From an uncultured Acidobacteriota bacterium (GTDB taxonomy: Bacteria > Acidobacteriota > Thermoanaerobaculia > Multivoradales > UBA5704), in the NCBI GenBank assembly GCA_963700145.1, contig OY969474.1:2912001-2976000 (forward strand): a stretch of DNA of 64,000 nt, written 5' to 3'. Of the stretch, positions 11,289 to 18,875 are shown piece after piece (position 1 is the first letter of the stretch; each line of letters opens with the position of its first letter). Below the pieces are notes generated by a model, which worked only from the letters and a program-made list of their open reading frames with translations, searched no databases and was not told the origin of the DNA. A program made the position numbers and the translations under genes.

Positions 11289-12481
11289 TACCGGCGCGGC
11301 ACGAGCATCAGGTTGAGCAGGAAGGCGGCGAAGACGGTCTGCGCGCCGAGCACCAGCGCCGCCATCCCGATCACCACGCCGCGCACCGCCATGAGGTCGC
11401 CATAGCCCGTCGACACCCAGTCGGCGACGATCTTGATCTCCAGCCCCAGGCCGGCGAGGAAGAGCAGCGCCCCGGCCAGGAGGCCGCGCTCGAGGCTGAA
11501 GCGCGGCAGCCAGCGCCGCAGCCACTGCTCGCGGCGGGCGAAGCCGGCGGTCATCGAGAAGGTCTTGGCGAAGAGATCGAAGAGCACCAGGTTGTAGCCG
11601 AGGATCAGCGCCGCGGCGCCGAAGAGCAGCGGATGGTAGTCCCAGCGGTGGCCGAAGAGCTCGCGCGGCCCGCCGGCCAGGGCGAGCATCAGCGCCCCGC
11701 CGACCGCCATCAGCAAGAGGCCGGGGAGCTGGAAGAGGTAGGACGGCGAGAAGAGGAGCATGAAGCGCACGTGCCGCCAGGCGTCGCGCAGGCCGGAGAG
11801 CTTCGACTCCCCTTCGCGCGGGTGGTAGGTGATCGGCACCTCCTCGATGCGCAGCTCCTCGCGCAGGGCGTTGACCACCATCTCGGAGGCGAACTCCATC
11901 CCGGTCGTGCGCAGGTGCATGCGCTCGGCGGCGGCGCGGGTCAGGCCGCGCATGCCGCAGTGGGAGTCGGAGACCCGGGTCTTGAACAGCAGCCGCAGCA
12001 TGCCAGAGAGGATCGGATTGCCGATCCAACGGTGCGACCAGGACATGGCGCCGGGGAGGATCGTCCCCTTGAAGCGGCTCCCCATGACGAAGTCGCAGCG
12101 GCCGGCCAGCAGCGGCTGGAGGAAGCGGCCGATGTCGGCGAAGTCGTAGGTGTTGTCGGCGTCCCCCATGACCAGGTACTGACCGCGCGCCTCCGCGAAG
12201 CCGCGCAGGTAGGCCGCGCCGTAGCCGCGGCGCCGCTCGTGGACGACGCGCGCGCCGGCGGCGGCGGCGACCTCGGGCGAGCCGTCCGTCGAGCCGTTGT
12301 CCACCACCACCACCTCCCCCTCGACGCCGAGCGCGGCGAGGGCGGCGAGCGCCTTCTCGACGCAGGTGCCGACCCCTTCGGCCTCGTTCAGGCAGGGCAT
12401 GACGACGGAGACCAGCGGCGCGGCCGCCGGAGCGCGGAGGTCGCGCAGCTCGGACGGTCGGGTGACGGCGGGGTCAGCCAA
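11288..12481 (-). CDS. GT2 family polyprenol-phosphate glycosyltransferase (DPM1-like) with C-terminal TMs
   Basis: VSVVMPCLNE, VVDNGSTDGS, RRGYGAA, MGDADNTY, GSRF, GMEFASEM. Confidence 0.9.
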   Translation of the reverse strand: MADPAVTRPSELRDLRAPAAAPLVSVVMPCLNEAEGVGTCVEKALAALAALGVEGEVVVVDNGSTDGSPEVAAAAGARVVHERRRGYGAAYLRGFAEARGQYLVMGDADNTYDFADIGRFLQPLLAGRCDFVMGSRFKGTILPGAMSWSHRWIGNPILSGMLRLLFKTRVSDSHCGMRGLTRAAAERMHLRTTGMEFASEMVVNALREELRIEEVPITYHPREGESKLSGLRDAWRHVRFMLLFSPSYLFQLPGLLLMAVGGALMLALAGGPRELFGHRWDYHPLLFGAAALILGYNLVLFDLFAKTFSMTAGFARREQWLRRWLPRFSLERGLLAGALLFLAGLGLEIKIVADWVSTGYGDLMAVRGVVIGMAALVLGAQTVFAAFLLNLMLVPRR

Positions 12482-12517
12482 GCGGGACGGCCTTACGGTT
12501 GGCGCTGGAGCGCGCCG

Positions 12518-14620
12518 CTATTGTACGTCGGCCTCCGGCAGGACCTCGTAGAGACGGTTGCGCGCGTCGGCGAAGACGCGGCGGAAGCGGCGCGGCCGCG
12601 CCTCGGCCCAGGTCCACTCGACCGGCCAGGGCCGGTCGGGATAGCCGTAGACGTGCAGCCAGCGCACGCCGGCGTGCCGCAGGTTGGCGAGCCAGGCGTC
12701 GGGGTCGAGGTCGACGCGCGGGTTGCACGCCGGGTACTGCGCGGCGCCCGGGTGGTCGGCGCGGTTGACGTTGACGTAGACCGCGCGCCGCTCGAAGCGC
12801 GGTCCCATCGCCGGGTAGATGAAGTACGTCGGGTGCCCGACGACTGCCACCGTCCCCTCCGCACGGTGTCGCTCCAGCCAGCGCCAGGCCGGGGCCCAGT
12901 GGCGCGCCGGCGTGGCGTGGACGCTCGACTCGCGGGTGAGCGCGCGGCCGCGGTAGGCGACGCGGTAGCTCGCCCAGGCCGGGGCGAGGACGACGACGGC
13001 GAGGAGCGCCGCCGCGGCGAGGGCGGGCAGGCGCCGCCGGGCCGCGGCGCGCAGGCGCGGCGCGAGAAGGAGCGCGAGCGCGGCGAGGTCGGCGGCGCCG
13101 ATTACCAGCCGGGCGCCACGCGGCATCGCCGCCTGGAGCATCAGCAGGTCCTGGACGAGGAGCGCCACGGCGAGCAGGCGCAGGGCGCGGTCGGGGACGC
13201 CGCGCGCTTCGGCGATCGCCACGCCGGCGGCGAAGAGGAGCGCCACCGTCGCCAGCAGGTAGCGCGGGTTGGCGAAGACGTGGCGGTTCCCGGCGTAGGC
13301 GACGGTGGTCCAGAAGAGGAGATGGAGGAGGACCTGGACGAGGACGACTGTCCCTTCGCGGCGGCGCGCCCGCGCCAGCCCCCAGGGCAGCGCCAAGAGG
13401 GCGGCCAGGAGGACGAACGCCTGCGGCCCCACGCCCAGCTCGAGCGACGACGGCAGGGTGATCCCGAGGAGCGCGTCGAGGAGCTGCCCTTCGGCGAGCA
13501 TCTCCCGCGGCATGGTGACGATCGAGCCGGCGCGCGGCAGCGAGCCGACCCGCTCCGGCGGCTCGCCGCGCGCCGTGCCCTCGCAGACCGCGGCGAGCGG
13601 ATCGGCGCCCAGCGCCAGGTTGCGGGCGTAGAAGAAGCCGCCGAGCGCCAGGGCGAGGACCAGGGCGGCGGCGGCCTGCGGCAGGCGGCGCCGCCACTCC
13701 CCGCGCGCCGCGGCGAGCAGCGTGACCGCGAGGGCGGCGCCATAGAAGACCCCGAGCACCTTGGTGCCGGCGGCGAGCCCCAGCGCGGCGCCGGCGAGGA
13801 GCGCCTCCGCCCAGCGCGGCGCGCGCAGCCAGGCGAGCCCGCAGGCGCAGGCCGCCGCGAGGCACGCGGCGGTCGGGATGTCCACGTACTGCGTCGCGGC
13901 GAAGCGCACCACCGCCGGCACGTTGAGCGTCAGAAAGACGGCGAGCGGCCAGTGGCGGGCCGCGCCGAGCTGCCGCGCCACCGCGCCGGCGGCGAGCCCG
14001 AGGAGGAGCCACGCCGGGAACGCCGCGAGGTTGACGTACAGCTCGCTGTGCGACGGCGCCATCCACCACCAGAGCCCGAGCGCGCCGTTGCCGGGCGCAT
14101 AGCCGTAGTAGTTGATCGGCACCGGCCCGAGCACCGGCCCGAGGTCGCCGCGCTGCAGCCAGCTGGCGGCCAGCAGCAGGTGGTACATCAGGCTGTCCCA
14201 GGAGAGCGGCGGGCGGAGCAGGCCGCGCAGCGCTTCGCTCCCGGCGGCGTGCAGGGTGATGAGCGCGAGCGCCGGGTAGTCGGAGAGCCGCGCGCCGGCG
14301 CGGCGGGCGAGGTGGGCGAACGGCGCGAAGTCGGCGCGCGCCACGGCACGCGGGAAGCGGGCGAGGAGGACGACGACCGCGGCCAGCAGCGGCAGCGCGA
14401 GGGCGATGCGCAGCAGGCCGATGGCGCCGAGGAGGAGGGCGAGCCCGACCGCCACGGCGGCGCCGCCGACGAGGGTCGCGAGCGCCAGGAGGAGGGGGTC
14501 GGAGGCGGCGCGCTCGCGCAGCAGGCGGAGGGCGAGGAGCGCGCCGGCCAGGCCGAGCAGCCCGAGGGCGACGAGGGTCGCCAGCGCCCCCAGGGCGTCG
14601 GTCCAGAGCATGGAGCGCAT
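12518..14620 (-). CDS. Large polytopic membrane protein, GT-C-like (paralog 2)
   Basis: PPLSWDSLMYHL, WWMAPSHSELYVNLA, YVD, GTK, NPRYLL, YPAMGPR, CNPR all shared with 6270-8447. Confidence 0.7.
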   Translation of the reverse strand: MRSMLWTDALGALATLVALGLLGLAGALLALRLLRERAASDPLLLALATLVGGAAVAVGLALLLGAIGLLRIALALPLLAAVVVLLARFPRAVARADFAPFAHLARRAGARLSDYPALALITLHAAGSEALRGLLRPPLSWDSLMYHLLLAASWLQRGDLGPVLGPVPINYYGYAPGNGALGLWWWMAPSHSELYVNLAAFPAWLLLGLAAGAVARQLGAARHWPLAVFLTLNVPAVVRFAATQYVDIPTAACLAAACACGLAWLRAPRWAEALLAGAALGLAAGTKVLGVFYGAALAVTLLAAARGEWRRRLPQAAAALVLALALGGFFYARNLALGADPLAAVCEGTARGEPPERVGSLPRAGSIVTMPREMLAEGQLLDALLGITLPSSLELGVGPQAFVLLAALLALPWGLARARRREGTVVLVQVLLHLLFWTTVAYAGNRHVFANPRYLLATVALLFAAGVAIAEARGVPDRALRLLAVALLVQDLLMLQAAMPRGARLVIGAADLAALALLLAPRLRAAARRRLPALAAAALLAVVVLAPAWASYRVAYRGRALTRESSVHATPARHWAPAWRWLERHRAEGTVAVVGHPTYFIYPAMGPRFERRAVYVNVNRADHPGAAQYPACNPRVDLDPDAWLANLRHAGVRWLHVYGYPDRPWPVEWTWAEARPRRFRRVFADARNRLYEVLPEADVQ

Positions 14621-14663
14621 TGTCTAGCACAGCCCCGCGGGCGCCGCGCGCTACCATCCGCGC

Positions 14664-15350
14664 GTGCACGGCGAGGCCGGCTACTTCGAGCGGGAGTACT
14701 TCGAGCTGCACCCGGGGAAGGTGCGGTATCTGGAGTGGCTGATCCGGCTGCTGCGCGCGCACGGGGTGGGGGGAGGGGCGGTGCTGGATGTCGGCGCGGG
14801 CTACGGGTTCTTCCTCGCGGCGCTCGAGCGGGGGGGGTACGAGCCGGCCGGGCTCGAGGTGGCGCCGCACGCCGTCGAGGAGGCGCGGCGGCGGACGGGC
14901 GCGGAGGTGGCGGCGGGGAGCGCCGAGGACCCGTTACCCTTCGCGGACGGCCGCTTCGCGGCGGTGACGATGCTCGACGTCATCGAGCACCTTCGCGACG
15001 TCCCCGGCGCCCTCGCCGAATGCCACCGCGTCCTCGCCCCCGGCGGCAAATTCGTAGTCATCACCCTCAACGCCCAAAGCCTCGCCCGCCCCCTCCTCGG
15101 CCGCAACTGGAGCTGGCACCTCGACCCCACCCACATCCATATGTTCTCCCCCCACTCCCTCCGCACCGCCCTCGAAGAAGCCGGCTTCAAGGTGGAGAAG
15201 CTGACGACCATCTCCAACTTCTGCAACGTGGGCGAGGGTAATGCGTCGCTTAAGCCCCTGCGGCGGATAGGACGTGTCGTCACGACTCCCTGGTTCGGGG
15301 ACTCGTTACTCGCTATTGCGGTGCCGCGCGGGACGGATAGTGCCGCGTGA
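14664..15350 (+). CDS. Class I SAM-dependent methyltransferase
   Basis: VLDVGAGYG, DVIEHL, LAPGG, PTHIHMFS. Confidence 0.85.
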   Translation: MHGEAGYFEREYFELHPGKVRYLEWLIRLLRAHGVGGGAVLDVGAGYGFFLAALERGGYEPAGLEVAPHAVEEARRRTGAEVAAGSAEDPLPFADGRFAAVTMLDVIEHLRDVPGALAECHRVLAPGGKFVVITLNAQSLARPLLGRNWSWHLDPTHIHMFSPHSLRTALEEAGFKVEKLTTISNFCNVGEGNASLKPLRRIGRVVTTPWFGDSLLAIAVPRGTDSAA

Positions 15351-15367
15351 GATGCCGTGCCACCCGG

Positions 15368-15398
15368 CCCGCGAAGAGGCGCGCCCGCTTCGCGGGTT
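15368..15398 (+). terminator. Possible weak intrinsic terminator hairpin
   Basis: CCCGCGAAG (15368-15376) / CTTCGCGGG (15388-15396) just after the stop, followed by only a short T run. Confidence 0.3.
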
Positions 15399-15563
15399 CC
15401 TGGTTGGAAGACGAAGTGGCGGACGAGTCGGGTCGGCTTCGTTCGCGTGCGGCAGTGGCCCCCTCACCGGAACGCGCCGCTTCGCAGGCCTCTGGCCCGG
15501 CACATCACGCGGCGCCATGACTCGAATCTCTGAAGTGACGTCAGTGGAGAAAGACGCCCCCTC

Positions 15564-15672
15564 CTTGTCATCCTGAGCGAGAGAGAAGGATCTGGGTGGG
15601 GGGCGGTGCGATGATGGGGCGTCTTCGCGCCACCCCGCCCCCAGATCCCTCGCTCACGCTCGGGATGACAAG
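15564..15672. repeat. REP-like long inverted repeat (hairpin)
   Basis: CTTGTCATCCTGAGCGAGAGAGAAGGATCTGGG ... CCCAGATCCCTCGCTCACGCTCGGGATGACAAG; arms match at 29 of 33 positions; lies between convergent genes. Confidence 0.75.
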
Positions 15673-15913
15673 AGAGGACGCTCGGGGTGACATGGGCACC
15701 CTCTCGGCAGGGGCTCCACCGCCGGTTCTAGGGCCCGCAGGATCTCTGGAGCGCCGGGCGCTCCGTCCGCCCCCCGTGGCAGGCCACCGTGCGAGGCGAC
15801 GAAGCAAGAACGTGTTTGCCGGCAAGAGCGGTCTGAACAGGCACGCGAAGCGCGGACATCAAGGAGCGCCCGGCGCGGAGGAGACCTGCGGGACCCCACA
15901 CCGGAACGGCCGA

Positions 15914-17065
15914 TCAAGCGCGCCTAACCAGCGACCCGAAGATCTCTTCGAAGCGCCCCGCGATCTCGCCCCAGTCGTAAGACTCGGCACGGGCCATAGC
16001 CGCGGCTGCTAGCCGGCGACGTTCGGCGTCATCTCCAAGAAGTCGCGCCAGCACGCTGGAGAGGGCCTCTGCGGTGGGCGCGCAACAGATGCCCTCGACC
16101 CCGTCCCGCACCAGCTCAGGCACCGCGCTCTCCGCCGATTCGCAGTACACCACCGGCAACCCCGCCGCCATCGCCTCCAGCGGAAACAAACCGAAACCTT
16201 CCCGAGCGGACGGCTGCACCGCGATCCGCGCCCCTCCCATCGCCCTCCACACCTCCTCACTCCGCTCCACGTGCCCCCTGAACCGCACCCTCCCCTCCAC
16301 CCCCAGCTCCCGCGCCAACCCCTCCAACCGCCCCCGCTCCGGCCCCTCGCCGAAGATCGTCAGCAGCGGCTCCGGGGCCGGCATCGTCTCCGCCAGCCGC
16401 CGCACCGCCTCGAGCAGCAGCGGCAGCCGTTTGTGCGCGATCAGCCGTCCGGCGAAGACCAGCGGCGGCGCCCCCGGCTCGGCGTCCGCCGCCGCCGCCC
16501 GCACCCGCGTCACCTCGATGCCGCAGGGCACCAGCTCCACCCCGCCCCGCCGCCGTGCCGCCGCCAGCCGGTCCGCGGTGAGGCGGCTCGTCGCCGTCGC
16601 CACCGTCCCGAGCTGCGCCGTCGCCCACTCGACCGCGCGGTAGGCCGGCGCCTTCGCCGCGCCGACGTACTCGCGGAAGTAGGCGCCCCAGTATTCGAAC
16701 CAGGTGACGACCAGGGGCTTGCCCGCCCGCCGGCAACGCGCGGCGAGCGGCAGGAGGTGGACGTACGGCATGTTCGGCGTCTCGACCACGTCGTAGGGCC
16801 CGAGGTCGAAGCGCGCCGCGGCGGCGGCGAAGCGAAGCGCCTGGCGCGTGCTCCGCTTCCCCTCGCGGTTGTAGAGGCGGCCGCCGAGGTCGCCGAGCGA
16901 GCGCACGTGCAGGCGCGGCGGCTCGCCCGGGAGGTCACCGCAGAAGCCGGCGAGCGTCACCTCGTGGCCGCGCCGCACCAGCGCCCGCGCCAGCTCGTGG
17001 TTGTGCGTCTCCACCCCGCCGATGAAGTCGGGATAGACAGTCTCGTAGAGGATGAGGACGTGCAG
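15914..17065 (-). CDS. Glycosyltransferase family 4 (paralog of 9193-10347)
   Basis: LHVLILYETVYPDFIGGVE, FAGRLIAHK, PSAREGFGLFPLEAMAAGLPVV. Homology extends upstream of the track start to a CTG at 17065. Confidence 0.85.
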   Translation of the reverse strand: MHVLILYETVYPDFIGGVETHNHELARALVRRGHEVTLAGFCGDLPGEPPRLHVRSLGDLGGRLYNREGKRSTRQALRFAAAAARFDLGPYDVVETPNMPYVHLLPLAARCRRAGKPLVVTWFEYWGAYFREYVGAAKAPAYRAVEWATAQLGTVATATSRLTADRLAAARRRGGVELVPCGIEVTRVRAAAADAEPGAPPLVFAGRLIAHKRLPLLLEAVRRLAETMPAPEPLLTIFGEGPERGRLEGLARELGVEGRVRFRGHVERSEEVWRAMGGARIAVQPSAREGFGLFPLEAMAAGLPVVYCESAESAVPELVRDGVEGICCAPTAEALSSVLARLLGDDAERRRLAAAAMARAESYDWGEIAGRFEEIFGSLVRRA

Positions 17066-17080
17066 GGCCGCGCCCTCGCG

Positions 17081-17992
17081 CTATCGCCAGGGCAGCAGCG
17101 AGGCGAGCTCGGCCGAGCGGCGGTTGATCGACGACAGCAGCACGCCGCAGGTGAACGACAGGGCCGAGAGGATGAAGAGCGCCGCCGAGAGCACCGCCAG
17201 CGGCAGCCGCGGCACCAGCCCGCTGCGCAGGAACTCGGCGATGACGACCGCGCCGCCGGCGAGCGACAGCGCCAGGAAGACCAGCGCCAGGCCGCCGAAG
17301 AAGGCGAGCGGCTTGTAGTCGCGGAAGAAGGTGAGGATGGCGAAGAGGATGCGGGTGCCGTCGCGGTAGGTCTGGAGCTTCGACGGGCTCGTCTTCGGCC
17401 GCGCGCGGTAGCGCACCGGCACTTCGGCCACCGGGAAGCGCTGCACCGCGGCCTGGAGCGACAGCTCGGCCTCGACCTCGAAGCCCTGGGCGATCAGCGG
17501 GCAGGCCTCGAGGAAGCGGCGGCTGAGGACGCGGTAGCCGGAGAAGAGGTCGCGCGTGCGCACGCCGAAGAGGAGCCGCACCAGCCAGATGAAGAGCCGG
17601 TTGCCGAGCGAGTGGCCGGCGCGGAAGGCCCCCTCCTCGGCGCCGGCGAGGCGCGTCCCCACGACCATCTCGGCGCCGTTGCGCGCCGCGGCGAGGAGGC
17701 GCTCGGCGTCCTCGGCCGGGTAGGTGTCGTCGCCGTCGACCATCAGGTAGTAGTCGGCGGGCCGCGCCCGGCGCAGCCCCGAGAGCAGCGCGAACCCCTT
17801 CCCCGAGCGCGGCTCCTGGACGACCGTGGCGCCGGCGGCGCGCGCCGCCGCGGCGGTGCCGTCGCTGGAGGCGTTGTCCACCACCAGCAGCTCCGCCTCC
17901 GGCAGCGCGGCGTGGAAGTCGCGCACCACCTTGGCGACCGTCGCCTCCTCGTCGCGGCAGGGGATGACGACCGCGACGCGCTCAGGTGCCAT
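17081..17992 (-). CDS. GT2 family polyprenol-phosphate glycosyltransferase with two C-terminal TMs
   Basis: VVIPCRDEE, VVDNASSDGT, GKG, VDGDDTY, DLFSGYR, GFEVEAE. Confidence 0.9.
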   Translation of the reverse strand: MAPERVAVVIPCRDEEATVAKVVRDFHAALPEAELLVVDNASSDGTAAAARAAGATVVQEPRSGKGFALLSGLRRARPADYYLMVDGDDTYPAEDAERLLAAARNGAEMVVGTRLAGAEEGAFRAGHSLGNRLFIWLVRLLFGVRTRDLFSGYRVLSRRFLEACPLIAQGFEVEAELSLQAAVQRFPVAEVPVRYRARPKTSPSKLQTYRDGTRILFAILTFFRDYKPLAFFGGLALVFLALSLAGGAVVIAEFLRSGLVPRLPLAVLSAALFILSALSFTCGVLLSSINRRSAELASLLPWR

Positions 17993-18854
17993 AGACGATC
18001 CAGACCACCGCGCCGCCCCAGAGCGCCAGGTTGATGAGGAAGGGGAGATCGCCGAGGATCGCCTCGGTCGGGTTGCGCTGCTGCGGGCTCTGGTAGATCA
18101 GGTAGAGGTAGCGGAAGATCCCGAACAAGACCAGCGGGATGGTGTAGACCAGGTACTTGGTGTGGTACTTCTCGACCGTCTCGGGGGCCACCGCGTAGAG
18201 GGCGTAGGCGACGACCGACGAGGCGGTCACGACGTTGATCATCTGGTCGAGGAAGGCGGGGCTGTAATGGTGGAGCACCCGCCGCTGCTCGGTGGCGCCG
18301 CCGGCGAGGAGGATCAGCTCGTGCCGGCGCTTCGAGAAGGCGAGGAAGAGGGAGAGGAAGATGGTGCAGAGGACCAGCCACGACGACACCTCGACCGCCG
18401 CCGCCGCCGCGCCGCCGAGGACGCGGAGGACGAAGCCCAGGCTGATCGCCATGACGTCGAGGATGACCTGGTGCTTCAGCCAGATCGTGTAGGCGAGGTT
18501 GAGCAACAGGTAGCCGGCGAGGACTGGCACCAGCGGCCCGCCGACGGCGAGCGCCGCGGCGACGGCGCCGAGCCCGAGAATCACCAGTGCCGCCACCGCG
18601 ACAGCAGCAGGCAGAGCGCCGGAGGCGATCGGGCGGAGCTTCTTGAGCGGGTGCCGCCGGTCCTCCTCGCGGTCGCGCAGGTCGTTGAAGAGGTAGACCG
18701 CGCTCGAGGCGCAGCAGAAGGCGAGGAGAGCGAGGAGCGCGCGCGTCACCGCCGCCGCGTCGTCGAGCTTCTGGCCGAAGACGAGCGGCGCCAGGACGAA
18801 CAGGTTCTTGGCCCACTGGGTGGGCCGCAGCGAGCGCACGAGCGGCCGGAGCAT
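17982..18854 (-). CDS. Decaprenyl/polyprenyl-phosphate phosphoribosyltransferase (UbiA family)
   Basis: RPTQWAKN, YLFND..DREEDRRHPLKK.RPIASG, AYT.WLKH, FVLRV..G, KRRHE, FGIFRY. Start at MLRPLVRSL. Confidence 0.9.
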   Translation of the reverse strand: MLRPLVRSLRPTQWAKNLFVLAPLVFGQKLDDAAAVTRALLALLAFCCASSAVYLFNDLRDREEDRRHPLKKLRPIASGALPAAVAVAALVILGLGAVAAALAVGGPLVPVLAGYLLLNLAYTIWLKHQVILDVMAISLGFVLRVLGGAAAAAVEVSSWLVLCTIFLSLFLAFSKRRHELILLAGGATEQRRVLHHYSPAFLDQMINVVTASSVVAYALYAVAPETVEKYHTKYLVYTIPLVLFGIFRYLYLIYQSPQQRNPTEAILGDLPFLINLALWGGAVVWIVYGT

Positions 18855-18875
18855 CGGCAGGTATTGTAAGAGGGC

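Noticed and set aside
6408-15241. Long plus-strand ORFs 6408-9572 and 10733-15241
   Set aside because: Shadow frames of the minus-strand glycosylation genes; Arg/Ala/Gly-rich with no motifs.
15274-16012. Small ORFs in the 15.35-15.9 kb gap
   Set aside because: No RBS, motifs or host-like codon usage; they cross the REP-like hairpin.
17081-17083. Pyrrolysine decoding of the in-frame TAG
   Set aside because: Both flanking GTs are complete proteins, no pyl genes are visible, and a CTG start with an RBS explains the GT4.
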